This document shows, in pieces, positions 1-9,166 of a stretch of DNA of 64,000 nt. This stretch comes from Bordetella parapertussis (GTDB taxonomy: Bacteria; Pseudomonadota; Gammaproteobacteria; Burkholderiales; Burkholderiaceae_B): assembly GCA_945862495.1 (NCBI GenBank), contig CAMAYM010000002.1, positions 5,631 to 69,630 on the forward strand, in the 5' to 3' direction. Position 1 is the stretch's first letter; each line of letters opens with the position of its first letter. The notes below the pieces were generated by a model. The model searched no databases. It was not told the origin of the DNA and worked only from the letters and a program-made list of their open reading frames with translations. Position numbers and translations under genes: made by a program.

Positions 1-603
1 ATTGTGGGCTCAGTCCCGGATGCGTTGGGATCGACCGCAAACTTTTTAAAAAAAGCGGGTTGGATCACCGGGCAGCCTTGGGGTGTTGAGGTACAAATCC
101 CTGCCAACTATTCAGGTCCGTCAGGCCGTCGGACGAAGCAGTCCCTTGCGCAATGGAAAAGCCTAGGCATTAAAGCGCTCGCGACGGTCTCCTTGCCTGA
201 TACGACCCAAGCCGCGCTGCTCTTGCCTGCAGGTGCACAAGGTCCCGCATTTTTAGTGTTCCGTAACTTTGATGCCATCTACAGCTATAACGCAGCAGAA
301 TCCTATGCACTGGCGATTGCCCACTTAAGCGATCGCTTGAAAGGTGGTGCGTCCTTTAAGACTGCCTGGCCTACGGACGATGCAGGAACGAGTCGCGCCG
401 AGCGACGTGAAATACAACAAGCCTTACTGAATCGCGGGTATGACATTGGCGAGGTCGATGGACTGATCGGCGCTAAAAGTCGTGAGGCAATTAGCGAATT
501 TCAGAAATCGAGTGGGTTGACCGTGAATGGTCGGGCAGGGCAACAAGTGCTCAAGGCGTTACGAGCACCGGTGTCTCCCCGTACCCAAGCCGTTGGTGGC
601 TGA
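1..603 (+). CDS. lytic murein transglycosylase (MltB-type), C-terminal part; 5' end outside window
   Basis: The frame is open from base 1 to the TGA at 601-603. The STANFLKKAGW..GQPWG region is typical of MltB-family transglycosylases. It is followed by a PG_binding_1-like module (LLNRGYDIGEVDGLIGAKSREAISEFQKSSGLTVNG). Confidence 0.8.
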   Translation: MVGSVPDALGSTANFLKKAGWITGQPWGVEVQIPANYSGPSGRRTKQSLAQWKSLGIKALATVSLPDTTQAALLLPAGAQGPAFLVFRNFDAIYSYNAAESYALAIAHLSDRLKGGASFKTAWPTDDAGTSRAERREIQQALLNRGYDIGEVDGLIGAKSREAISEFQKSSGLTVNGRAGQQVLKALRAPVSPRTQAVGG

Positions 604-604
604 C

Positions 605-1177
605 ATGACTCAACCCTCTTCTGCCCAACCCCAATCCTTGGGCGAACTTTTCACTACATTTAGCAGACTCGCGATCCAAGGCTTTGGCGGTGTCCTAGCT
701 TTTATTGAACGCGAGCTTGTTGAAAGAAAAAAATGGATGACCCGTGCGGAGTTTGTGGAAGAGTGGGCCATTGCGCGAACAATGCCAGGCCCACCCGCAC
801 TGAATCTTTGCATCATGGTGGGCGCACGTTATTTCGGCTGGCGTGGTGCGCTGGTATCGCTGGCGGGAATGTTCATGTTTCCCACAATGATTATCCTGGC
901 CTTGGCAATCGCTTACGCGCAATTTGGCAATCATCCTCAAGTTATGGACGCTTTGCGCGGAATGGGCGCAGTGGCGGCGGGCATGATTGTTGCGACGGGA
1001 CTTAAGCTGCTCTCTGCGCTCAAGACCAACCCGCTGGGTATCAAGGTTTGTTCTGCACTCGTGATCTTGAGTTTTGTGGGTATCGCAATTGTGGAGTGGC
1101 GTTTGTTGTACGTGCTTGTAATATTGGGAGGGATTGGTTATGTGCTTGCGTTCTTGAAGCTCAAGGATCAGGCATGA
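605..1177 (+). CDS. chrA: chromate transporter (CHR) family protein, short-chain half 1
   Basis: I chose the ATG at 605, because the track start at 527 would overlap the upstream gene. The product is a ~190-aa polytopic protein with a CHR signature (FGGVLAFIERELVERKKWMTRAEF...ARTMPGPPA). Its stop overlaps the next start (ATGA 1174-1177). Confidence 0.8.
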   Translation: MTQPSSAQPQSLGELFTTFSRLAIQGFGGVLAFIERELVERKKWMTRAEFVEEWAIARTMPGPPALNLCIMVGARYFGWRGALVSLAGMFMFPTMIILALAIAYAQFGNHPQVMDALRGMGAVAAGMIVATGLKLLSALKTNPLGIKVCSALVILSFVGIAIVEWRLLYVLVILGGIGYVLAFLKLKDQA

Positions 1178-1764
1178 ATGACACGCTAACACTTGTGATG
1201 TTGTGGACCGATTGGTTCAATCTCTTTAAACACTTCGCCTTAATTTCCATTGCTTCAGTGGGTGGCCCTCTCGTGTTGTTGCCTGAGGTCCATCATTTTC
1301 TGGTGGAGCAGCAAAGCTGGCTGACAGACGCGCAGTTCAGGGCATCTATTGTGATTGCTCAAGCCTCACCGGGTCCCAATGTGATGTTCGTGGCATTGAT
1401 GGGGTGGAACATCGGTCTCAATGCAGGTGGTTTTGGTTGGGCAGCTTTCTCAGCCATCATATGTATGATGGGTATTTTGATGCCGAGTTCGCTATTGATT
1501 TTTGTGACGGCGCGGTGGGTGCAAAAACATCAAAACTTACGGGCTGTTCGGGCGTTTAAGTTGGGATTGAGCCCAGTGGTGATCTCGATGATGATTGCGG
1601 CAGGCTGGTTATTGGCAACAGCTAATACCACCATGACACACGACTGGCCACTCTGGGTCGTCGCCGCGGTCACTGCCGTGATTGTTTATCGCACCAAGGT
1701 GCACATGCTTTATTTGTTAGCAATGGGTGCAGTGCTTGGTGCGAGTGGTTTGCTGACGATGTAA
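1174..1764 (+). CDS. chrA: chromate transporter (CHR) family protein, short-chain half 2
   Basis: The ATG at 1174 (MNDTLTLVML) is translationally coupled to half 1. It carries the same CHR signature (GGPLVLLPEVHHFLVEQQSWLTDAQF...AQASPGPN) and is hydrophobic throughout. Confidence 0.8.
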   Translation: MNDTLTLVMLWTDWFNLFKHFALISIASVGGPLVLLPEVHHFLVEQQSWLTDAQFRASIVIAQASPGPNVMFVALMGWNIGLNAGGFGWAAFSAIICMMGILMPSSLLIFVTARWVQKHQNLRAVRAFKLGLSPVVISMMIAAGWLLATANTTMTHDWPLWVVAAVTAVIVYRTKVHMLYLLAMGAVLGASGLLTM

Positions 1765-1769
1765 TCGAT

Positions 1770-2120
1770 TTAGTTGACTTCGAGCAGCTCAACATCAAAC
1801 ACGAGCGTGGCGTTTGGGGGAATCACGCCGCCTGCACCGCGTGCGCCATAGCCCATTTCGGGCGGAATGATGAGCGTACGTTGGCCACCGACTTTCATGC
1901 CTGCTACGCCCTCATCCCAACCGCGAATCACATGACCAGCACCCAGTGGGAAATCAAACGGATCACCGCGGTCACGTGAACTATCAAACTTTGCGCCTTT
2001 GTTGCCAGGGGCAGCGGCATCATGTAACCAACCGGTGTAGTGCACAGTGACGTGTGCACCCGCTGTGGCTTCGGTGCCGCTACCAGCGTTGACTTCAATT
2101 TTCTCTAGTGTGCTCATCAT
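1770..2120 (-). CDS. FKBP-type peptidyl-prolyl cis-trans isomerase
   Basis: The FKBP core is classic ([48 protein letters not shown]...[10 protein letters not shown]). The start is set at ATGATG 2115-2120, preceded by AGGAAAT. The longer track ORF would overlap lptF. Confidence 0.9.
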   Translation of the reverse strand: MMSTLEKIEVNAGSGTEATAGAHVTVHYTGWLHDAAAPGNKGAKFDSSRDRGDPFDFPLGAGHVIRGWDEGVAGMKVGGQRTLIIPPEMGYGARGAGGVIPPNATLVFDVELLEVN

Positions 2121-2139
2121 ATTTCCTATGTAGTGATGA

Positions 2140-3258
2140 TCAGGCTGCACTCGGTGCAACTGGGGGTTTGGGTGTTTTGACACGCAAGCGGTTCATCAGC
2201 AGTCCGACGGTAAACAGCGCGAGGACACCGTGAACAAGCCAGACGCCTATGCTAAACGAGAGCTTTCCGCTAATGATCCAGCCTTGTGAAATATTAATCA
2301 AATTGAGGTAAAGCATGGCAATGAGGCCTGCAATCAGTAAGTCACCTGAGCGCCCCATTCTTGGGTTGACGGCGCCCAATGGAATGGCCATGAGTGCAAG
2401 GTTAAGCGCAGCGAGGGGCACAGACAAGCGCCACATGAGTTGTCCAAGTGAGGCAGGTACTTTGTCCGTGATGAGCAACTCGGTCGGGCGTGAACGCCGA
2501 CTGTTAAGCGTTTGTTCACGTGCAGTTTCAAGCGATTTTTCACCATCTTTACTTTCAATACGAGCACCAAAGGCATCAAACTTGGTGAGCCGTATCTCAG
2601 CTCCGCCCGGTTTGATGTCGTAGCGCTGACCCGGACCAAGGACGAGAAACTTATCCCCATTAGCCTCCATGGCAGTGTCCGCCGACGAGGCGGTCACGAT
2701 AGTGAGCCAATCCGGGTCAATGATACGCATGAACACTTGACCAAGTGGACCATCCGGCGAGCTTTGGCCTTCGACAAAAAACACCCGAGCACCACTTTCG
2801 GTTTCGAGAAATTGCCCAGGCGTGATTTTGGAAAGGTCTGAGCGCAGTTCAAAGCGGGCTCGGTATTCGCCGATCTGCCGATTGGCCCAAGGTGTGCCAA
2901 AAAGGGTCAATGCGGCAACGAGAAGGGCAATGGGGATCGCGACCCGCAGTACAGGATTAATCCAGTTGAGCAATGATAAACCGCTTGAGAACCAGACCAC
3001 CATTTCAGATTCTCTGTAATTGCGGGTGACCGTCGTCAGCACACCAATAAAGATGGAGACGGCCAAAATAATGGGTAAGGCGGCGATGGTGGTAAAGGCG
3101 GCTAGGCCAATCACGACATCGGCGCCGATGCGCCCTGCAGCGGCTTCGCCTAATAAACGCACCAAGATGACGCTCAGCCAAACGACGATCAGCGTCGAGA
3201 GGACGACGCTAAAGTGATTGGTGATTTCGGAGACAACGGAACGTTTAAATAGGGACAT
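2140..3258 (-). CDS. lptF: LPS export ABC transporter permease, LptF-like (YjgP/YjgQ family)
   Basis: A 372-aa protein with six TM-like segments and a central periplasmic domain. The [20 protein letters not shown] and PGQFLE..ARVFFVE motifs resemble LptF rather than LptG. Confidence 0.75.
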   Translation of the reverse strand: MSLFKRSVVSEITNHFSVVLSTLIVVWLSVILVRLLGEAAAGRIGADVVIGLAAFTTIAALPIILAVSIFIGVLTTVTRNYRESEMVVWFSSGLSLLNWINPVLRVAIPIALLVAALTLFGTPWANRQIGEYRARFELRSDLSKITPGQFLETESGARVFFVEGQSSPDGPLGQVFMRIIDPDWLTIVTASSADTAMEANGDKFLVLGPGQRYDIKPGGAEIRLTKFDAFGARIESKDGEKSLETAREQTLNSRRSRPTELLITDKVPASLGQLMWRLSVPLAALNLALMAIPLGAVNPRMGRSGDLLIAGLIAMLYLNLINISQGWIISGKLSFSIGVWLVHGVLALFTVGLLMNRLRVKTPKPPVAPSAA

Positions 3259-3325
3259 TGTGCGCGATGCATGGTTGCATCTTAGAAATGGTGCGGCGCA
3301 AACAACGCCGACACCATGAATTTAG

Positions 3326-3353
3326 CATAATGAGTCGGAGTGTCCTCATTATG
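3326..3353. repeat. perfect 9-bp inverted repeat CATAATGAG-N10-CTCATTATG in the divergent lptF/DUF2889 intergenic region
   Basis: Read directly. Two further hairpin-capable inverted repeats lie nearby: GATGCA-N4-TGCATC at 3266-3281, and GGTGCGGCG-N7-CGCCGACACC at 3290-3315 with one bulge. Confidence 0.6.
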
Positions 3354-3423
3354 GAAGCAGAGGCTAAACATTTCTTTTTTCTGAGTGTTTTCTTTTAGAA
3401 AGATAGAATACTGATCAATCGAG

Positions 3424-4038
3424 GTGCTTTTTGCCTCAGCAAAGTCTGTTTTTGAGAGAAATGCCGTGCCACTATCCCCCACCGTCGACCGCGAAGAGGT
3501 TCACCAACGTCAGATCGTGATGAAAGCGTATCGCAGATCGGATGGCTTGTATGATATTGAGGCCCGCCTCGTAGACACCAAAACCGAGCCTTTTTTGTCT
3601 CCACTGGCACAGGTAGAGCGCAAGCCTGGCGATCCCGTTCACGATATCTGGGTGCGTTTGGTCATCGATGAATGGTTTGAAATCAAAGACGTAGCGGCCA
3701 GTTCTGATTCGACGCCCTTTGCCGTCTGTACCCAAGCGCCCCCCACGCTCCAATCATTGATTGGCGCAAAGATCGGGGCAGGTTGGTCCAAACTCGTCAG
3801 GGAAAAACTCAAAGGTGCGGCGGGTTGCACCCATATGATGGAATTACTGGGGCCCATGGCGACTACGGCGTATCAGGCCCTGTGGCCCGTCACCAGCCTG
3901 CGACCGCAGCCCGTGGATGCGAACGGACGTCCAACCAAAATTGACAGCTGCTTTGCATACGCGAGTCAGAGGGATATCGTGGCCACGTTATGGCCCGAGC
4001 ATTACACCGGACCCAAGGTCCCTAAAGGAGTCGAGTGA
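3424..4038 (+). CDS. DUF2889-family protein (function unknown)
   Basis: The pattern VHQRQIVMKAYRRSDGLYDIEARLVDTK...GCTHMMELL is what I recognise from DUF2889 proteins. The start is uncertain (GTG 3424 or GTG 3466). The stop overlaps the next gene's start. Confidence 0.65.
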   Translation: MLFASAKSVFERNAVPLSPTVDREEVHQRQIVMKAYRRSDGLYDIEARLVDTKTEPFLSPLAQVERKPGDPVHDIWVRLVIDEWFEIKDVAASSDSTPFAVCTQAPPTLQSLIGAKIGAGWSKLVREKLKGAAGCTHMMELLGPMATTAYQALWPVTSLRPQPVDANGRPTKIDSCFAYASQRDIVATLWPEHYTGPKVPKGVE

Positions 4039-4943
4039 TGCGTTCTTTACTTTTTGTGCCAGCCGATAGCCCACGCAAGCTGGAAAAATCTTTGCAAAGC
4101 GGTTCAGATGTGCTGATTTTTGATTTGGAGGATGCAGTTTCTCCATCGCGCAAACAAGAAGGTCGTATAGAGTTGGTCAAGTTTCTGACCGAGGTAAAAC
4201 GCGCGGGTCTCAAAACGCCTGAGCTCTATGTGCGCGTCAATGCCTTGACAACGGGAATGACGTTGGCGGACTTGGCGGCTGTGATGCCCTGTCGCCCTGC
4301 TGGCGTCGTGTTGCCCAAAGCAACGGGCGCGCGTGATTTGGCGCTCTTGTCAGCGTATCTCGAGGCCTTTGAACATCTATACCCGTACACCACAGCAGCT
4401 GGCGCAGACACATCAACCCCAGTGCAGACCTCCATCATCGCGATTGTGACTGAAACCGCGGACGCCTTAGCGGGTTTGAATGAATATCGGGGGGCAACAC
4501 CAAGGCTGGCTGGCATGATGTGGGGGGCGGAAGATTTATCCGGCGATATCGGTGCCTTAACCAACAAGGAAGAGGGCACTTCGGAATGGACAACACCCTT
4601 TAAGCTCGTGCGTTCGCTCTGTCTGTTCGCGGCCTCCGCGGCGGGTGTACCCGCTATAGATACCGTTCCCACAGAAATTAACAACGTCGAAGCACTCACG
4701 CGCGAAACGCGTCAGGCCTATCGAGACGGGTTTTCAGCCAAAGCTGCGATTCATCCTGGTCAGGTCCCTGTGATTAACACGGCAATGACGCCCGATGCCG
4801 CCACGCAAGAGTGGGCGAGTCGTGTGATCGCGGCCTTTGCTGCGAGTGCGAGTGTCGGTGTGGCGACGATGGATGGAAAGATGTTGGACACGCCGCACTT
4901 GCGCCTGGCTAAAAAAATTATCGCTGCGGCGCAACTCGCCTAA
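4035..4943 (+). CDS. HpcH/HpaI-CitE family acyl-CoA lyase (citryl/malyl/citramalyl-CoA lyase-like)
   Basis: The N-terminus is CitE-like (RSLLFVPADSPRKLEKSLQSGSDVLIFDLEDAV) and the protein is ~300 aa. Confidence 0.8.
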   Translation: MMRSLLFVPADSPRKLEKSLQSGSDVLIFDLEDAVSPSRKQEGRIELVKFLTEVKRAGLKTPELYVRVNALTTGMTLADLAAVMPCRPAGVVLPKATGARDLALLSAYLEAFEHLYPYTTAAGADTSTPVQTSIIAIVTETADALAGLNEYRGATPRLAGMMWGAEDLSGDIGALTNKEEGTSEWTTPFKLVRSLCLFAASAAGVPAIDTVPTEINNVEALTRETRQAYRDGFSAKAAIHPGQVPVINTAMTPDAATQEWASRVIAAFAASASVGVATMDGKMLDTPHLRLAKKIIAAAQLA

Positions 4944-4965
4944 AGCTTCGAGGAGATTGACGATC

Positions 4966-6183
4966 ATGGTAGGTCCTTTGGATGGTATTCGTGTCATTGA
5001 TATGACATCGATTTTGATGGGGCCTTATGCGGCACAGTTGATGGGCGATATGGGTGCCGATGTCATCAAGGTCGAATCCCCTCAAGGTGATATGGTGCGC
5101 GACGTCGGACCGATGTTGCATCCTCGTATGGGGTCGCTCTATCTGCATGTCAACCGGAGCAAGCGCGGGATGGTGCTTGATGTCAAACAGCCTGAAGGTC
5201 TTGAGGCCATCAAAAAGCTCATCGCTACTGCAGATATCTTGCTCTACAACGTACGGCCGCAAGCGATGGCCCGACTGGGCCTGAGTTATGAAGTTGTCCA
5301 GGCCATCAACCCCCGCATTTTATATGCCGGGACCTTTGGCTTTGGCCAAGACGGACCCTATGCGCACAAGCCGGCCTTTGATGATCTGATTCAGGGTGCG
5401 ATTGGTTTGCCTTCTTTGATCAAACAAGCGGGTTCGGATGTGCCACGCTACGTGCCGTCCAATCTCGTTGACCGTACAGTCGGTCTTTACGCGACCTCCT
5501 CACTCTGTGCCGCGCTGTATCACCGTGAGAAAACAGGCCGTGGCCAACGTATTGATATTCCGATGTTTGAAACAATGATCAGTCATTTACTGAGTGACCA
5601 TATCGGTGGAAAAACCTTTGATCCGCAATTCGGACCGCCCGGTTATCCGCGCTTGCTTGCTTCAGAGCGACGACCTTATAAAACGTCTGACGGCTATGTC
5701 TGTGCCGTCATTTATAACGATAAGCAGTGGGCATCATTTTTCAGCGCGATTGGTCGATCGGAAATATTTGAAAATGACCCACGTTTTAAAAACCTGAGCA
5801 TTCGCACGCAACATATCAATGATCTCCAAGGCCTAGTCGCTAAGATTTTTCTGGAGCGTGATACGCAAGCATGGCTGGACTTGCTTGAAAAGGCGGATAT
5901 TCCCACTATGCCGCTGCATGACCTCGAGACCATTTTCGAAGATCCTCATCTTGAAGCGATTAACTTCTTTCAATGGGAAGACCATCCCTCAGAGGGGCGT
6001 ATTCGTCGTGTGGATGTGCCAACCACTTGGTCAGACAGTCAGCCTCAGGCGGGACGTCCTGCGCCCATGTTGGGACAGCACAGTGAAGAAATCTTGCGTG
6101 AGCTAGGCTACAGCGAAGAATCAATTGCCTCCTTTATTCGCCAGGGCGTCACGCAAAGAGCCGTGATGCCCAAGGAAGCGTAA
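4966..6183 (+). CDS. family III CoA-transferase (CaiB/BaiF/Frc type)
   Basis: The ATG at 4966 sits behind AGGAG (4951-4955). Motifs include GPLDGIRVIDMTSILMGPYAAQLMGDMGADVIKVE, and the protein is ~405 aa. Confidence 0.85.
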   Translation: MVGPLDGIRVIDMTSILMGPYAAQLMGDMGADVIKVESPQGDMVRDVGPMLHPRMGSLYLHVNRSKRGMVLDVKQPEGLEAIKKLIATADILLYNVRPQAMARLGLSYEVVQAINPRILYAGTFGFGQDGPYAHKPAFDDLIQGAIGLPSLIKQAGSDVPRYVPSNLVDRTVGLYATSSLCAALYHREKTGRGQRIDIPMFETMISHLLSDHIGGKTFDPQFGPPGYPRLLASERRPYKTSDGYVCAVIYNDKQWASFFSAIGRSEIFENDPRFKNLSIRTQHINDLQGLVAKIFLERDTQAWLDLLEKADIPTMPLHDLETIFEDPHLEAINFFQWEDHPSEGRIRRVDVPTTWSDSQPQAGRPAPMLGQHSEEILRELGYSEESIASFIRQGVTQRAVMPKEA

Positions 6184-6247
6184 TGACGGTGAATCAGGAT
6201 TCAAGGCGCTCAGCAATGAGCCGCGATAAAAGTACGAGGGAGTGACG

Positions 6248-7414
6248 ATGGATTTTTCTTTTTCACAAGAACAGCAAACGATTCGCGAAGCGATCAATAA
6301 AATTTGCGAACAATTTGACGATCAATACTGGTTGGAAAAAGACCGTCATGGCGGCTTTCCTGTCGAGTTGCACCAGGCGCTGGCCAAAGACGGTTGGTTG
6401 GGGATTTGCATCCCTGAGCAATATGGCGGTTCAGGTCTGGGGATCACCGAAGCGACCATCATGATGCAGGCTATCAGCGAGTCGGGCGCGGGAATGACCG
6501 GTGCCTCGGCTGTGCATATGAATATCTTTGGTTTGAATCCCGTCGTACAGTTCGCGACAGAAGAACAGAAAATGCGCATGCTGCCGCCCTTGGTCGCAGG
6601 TCGTGAACGCGCGTGTTTTGCGGTGACAGAACCCAATACAGGGCTCAATACGACGCAGCTCAAGGTCAAAGCTGAGCGCAACGGAGATCACTACGTCTTG
6701 AGTGGTACCAAGGTATGGATTTCGACCGCCCAAGTCGCTGAGAAAATGTTGATCTTGGCGCGCACCACACCTATTGAAGAGTGCACAAAACATACCGATG
6801 GCTTGAGTTTGTTTTATACCGACCTAGATCGCAATTTCGTGCGTGTGCACGAGATTGAGAAAATGGGTCGTAAAGCTGTGGATTCAAACGAGCTGTTTAT
6901 CGATGGCTTGAAAGTCCCAGTCGAAGACCGCATTGGCGAAGAGGGCAAAGGCTTTCACTACATCATGCACGGCATGAATGCTGAACGGATCTTGATCGCA
7001 GCCGAAGGCATTGGCTTAGGACGCGTAGCACTCAAGCGTGCGACTGAATACGCCAAGGAAAGAATCGTTTTTGACCGTCCGATTGGGATGAATCAAGGGA
7101 TTCAGCATCCGCTCGCGGCCAACTGGATGGAGCTTGAAGCGGCGAATCTCATGGTCTTTCATGCCGCGTCGCTGTTTGATAAGGGCGAAGCATGCGGTGC
7201 GCAGGCCAATGCGGCTAAATATCTGGCCGGCGAAGCCGGGTTTAATGCCTGTCAGCAAGCGGTCATGACGCACGGCGGATTTGGCTATGCCAAGGAATAC
7301 CATGTGGAGCGCTATTTGCGCGAGGTCTTGATCACGCGCATCGCGCCGGTGAGTCCTCAGTTAGTGTTATGTTTTATCGCCGAGCGCGTGTTGGGCTTAC
7401 CCAAGTCCTATTAG
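6248..7414 (+). CDS. acyl-CoA dehydrogenase
   Basis: Full-length ACAD architecture of ~388 aa (GWLGICIPEQYGGSGL; FAVTEPNTGLNT; VWISTA; C-terminal YHVERYLREV). ATG at 6248, with GTG 6242 as an alternative. Confidence 0.9.
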   Translation: MDFSFSQEQQTIREAINKICEQFDDQYWLEKDRHGGFPVELHQALAKDGWLGICIPEQYGGSGLGITEATIMMQAISESGAGMTGASAVHMNIFGLNPVVQFATEEQKMRMLPPLVAGRERACFAVTEPNTGLNTTQLKVKAERNGDHYVLSGTKVWISTAQVAEKMLILARTTPIEECTKHTDGLSLFYTDLDRNFVRVHEIEKMGRKAVDSNELFIDGLKVPVEDRIGEEGKGFHYIMHGMNAERILIAAEGIGLGRVALKRATEYAKERIVFDRPIGMNQGIQHPLAANWMELEAANLMVFHAASLFDKGEACGAQANAAKYLAGEAGFNACQQAVMTHGGFGYAKEYHVERYLREVLITRIAPVSPQLVLCFIAERVLGLPKSY

Positions 7415-7423
7415 GAGATTGTG

Positions 7424-7879
7424 ATGGCGGGTTTGTATTTCGAAGAATTTGAAGTGGGGCAGGTTTTTAAGCATGCGATGACGCGCACGGTGACAGAAAT
7501 GGACAACGTGCTGTTTTCAACCTTGACCATGAATCCTCAGCCCCTGCATTTGGATGCAGAGTTTGCCTCCAAGACAGAGTTTGGCCGCATTTTGGTCAAC
7601 AGCTTGTTTACCTTAGGCTTGGTGATCGGGATTTCGGTGGGTGAAACCACGCTTGGTACGACGATTGCCAATCTCGGTATGACGGACACGCGTTTTCCAA
7701 GTCCCGTGTTTTATGGGGATACGATTCATGTTGAGACTACGATTGTGTCTAAGCGTCAGAGTAAGTCTCGCAGCGATGCCGGCATTGTCGAGTTTGAGCA
7801 CCGTGGTATCAATCAGCGCGGAGAAATTGTGTGTATCTGCCGTCGCTCTGGTTTTATGAAGTGTCAACCGGTTGGATAG
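7424..7879 (+). CDS. MaoC-like (R)-specific enoyl-CoA hydratase, single hotdog
   Basis: A ~150-aa protein with FEEFEVGQVF.H..TRTVTE.D...F..LT.N.QPLHLD, typical of MaoC dehydratases. An AGGAG Shine-Dalgarno sequence lies at 7413-7417. Confidence 0.85.
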   Translation: MAGLYFEEFEVGQVFKHAMTRTVTEMDNVLFSTLTMNPQPLHLDAEFASKTEFGRILVNSLFTLGLVIGISVGETTLGTTIANLGMTDTRFPSPVFYGDTIHVETTIVSKRQSKSRSDAGIVEFEHRGINQRGEIVCICRRSGFMKCQPVG

Positions 7880-7888
7880 GCAACGCTG

Positions 7889-9166
7889 ATGTGGCAATCT
7901 GGTGCAAGGCTGCAGTTGCCTGACGCAAAAATGGCACTTGTGGTGCTGTTGATTTGTTTTGTCTTCAATATGCTGGGGCGTGGAATCGGCGATACCTACG
8001 TGACCTTTCTCTTGCCCCTTGAGACAGAGTTTGGATGGAGCCGCTCCGAGCTTTCAAGCGTCTACAGCATCTACATGGTGGCCAATGGGCTGTCTGCGCC
8101 TTTTGTCGGCGTCCTGTTTGATCGCTGGGGCCCGCGCGTGGTGTATTTGCTGGGTGTCGCCAGTTTGGGTTTAGGTTATTTTTTAGCGGGTAATTTGACG
8201 CAGCTCTGGCAGTTTCATTTGTGCATTGGGGTAGCAGGTGGCATTGGCATCTCTGCGATCGGCATGGTGCCGTCCGCCAGTTTGATTAGCCGATGGTTTC
8301 CAAATAGCACCAGTACAGCGATCGGTATTGCGTATGCAGGCTTTGGTGCAGGGACGCTGGTCTTGGTGCCCTTTGCGCAATATTTGAATCAAGCGGTGGG
8401 TTGGCGTGATGCCTATCATGTGATGGGTGGTAGTTTGCTCATTGCGTTACCAATCGTGATGTTGTTGCCTTGGCGAGTCATACGCGCGGGCTATGGGGCA
8501 CGCGATAAAAAGAGTCAAAGTCAGCGTCCGGTAGATGTTTCATCTTCGAGTACAACAGCACCTGCCCAATCAACCTCTTCACCCCTACGTGCGGCGTTGC
8601 GACACTCTGGCTTCTGGGGCTTGGCGCAGGCTTTCTTTTTTACCTCGGTGGTGGTCTATACCGTGTTGGTGCAGATGATTGCTTATTTTGTATCAACTGG
8701 CTTCACGCCGATCGAGGCCGCCAGTGCGTTTGGGTTTGCGGGGATGTTGTCTGTGTTGGGGGTCGGTTCAGCAGGACGTTTGGCCGATGTCTTGGGCCCA
8801 AGGCGCACCGCGACGCTTACGTTTATGTGCACCACACTCGGCTTGGCAAGTTTGTTGGCACTCAGTTATTTCCCATCGCAATGGTTTTTGATGTCGTTTG
8901 TGGTGTTTTTTGGAATCGCTCAGGGTGCGAGAGGGCCCATTATCTCCGGGTTGTGTTCCAAGCTGTTCCCGGGACCTGGGTTAGCCACGATTTATGGCGT
9001 TACCTATGCATGTATGTCTGTTGGGGCTGCCTCAGGGGCGATGATGTCTGGTCTGTTATATGACTGGACGGGTGGTTATCAGGCGAGCATCATTTTTTCC
9101 ATGTTAAATGTCATCTTGGCTGTATCGCCCTTTTGGGTTTATCGTGAACTTAGAAAATTTGGATGA
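7889..9166 (+). CDS. MFS transporter (oxalate/formate antiporter-like subfamily)
   Basis: A 425-aa 12-TM-like protein with a Ser/Thr/Pro-rich central loop. The N-terminal GRGIGDTYVTFLLPLETEFGWSRSELS pattern resembles OFA-type carboxylate carriers. It starts 9 nt after the maoC stop. Confidence 0.75.
   Translation: MWQSGARLQLPDAKMALVVLLICFVFNMLGRGIGDTYVTFLLPLETEFGWSRSELSSVYSIYMVANGLSAPFVGVLFDRWGPRVVYLLGVASLGLGYFLAGNLTQLWQFHLCIGVAGGIGISAIGMVPSASLISRWFPNSTSTAIGIAYAGFGAGTLVLVPFAQYLNQAVGWRDAYHVMGGSLLIALPIVMLLPWRVIRAGYGARDKKSQSQRPVDVSSSSTTAPAQSTSSPLRAALRHSGFWGLAQAFFFTSVVVYTVLVQMIAYFVSTGFTPIEAASAFGFAGMLSVLGVGSAGRLADVLGPRRTATLTFMCTTLGLASLLALSYFPSQWFLMSFVVFFGIAQGARGPIISGLCSKLFPGPGLATIYGVTYACMSVGAASGAMMSGLLYDWTGGYQASIIFSMLNVILAVSPFWVYRELRKFG

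Noticed and set aside
527-604. An upstream extension of the first chrA ORF.
   Set aside because: It would overlap the end of the transglycosylase gene by 77 nt. The ATG at 605 gives a normal CHR N-terminus.
1762-1772. Palindromic sequence at the convergent stop codons (TAATCGATTTA).
   Set aside because: It is largely a trivial consequence of TAA facing TTA a few bases apart. It is not evidence of a binding site.
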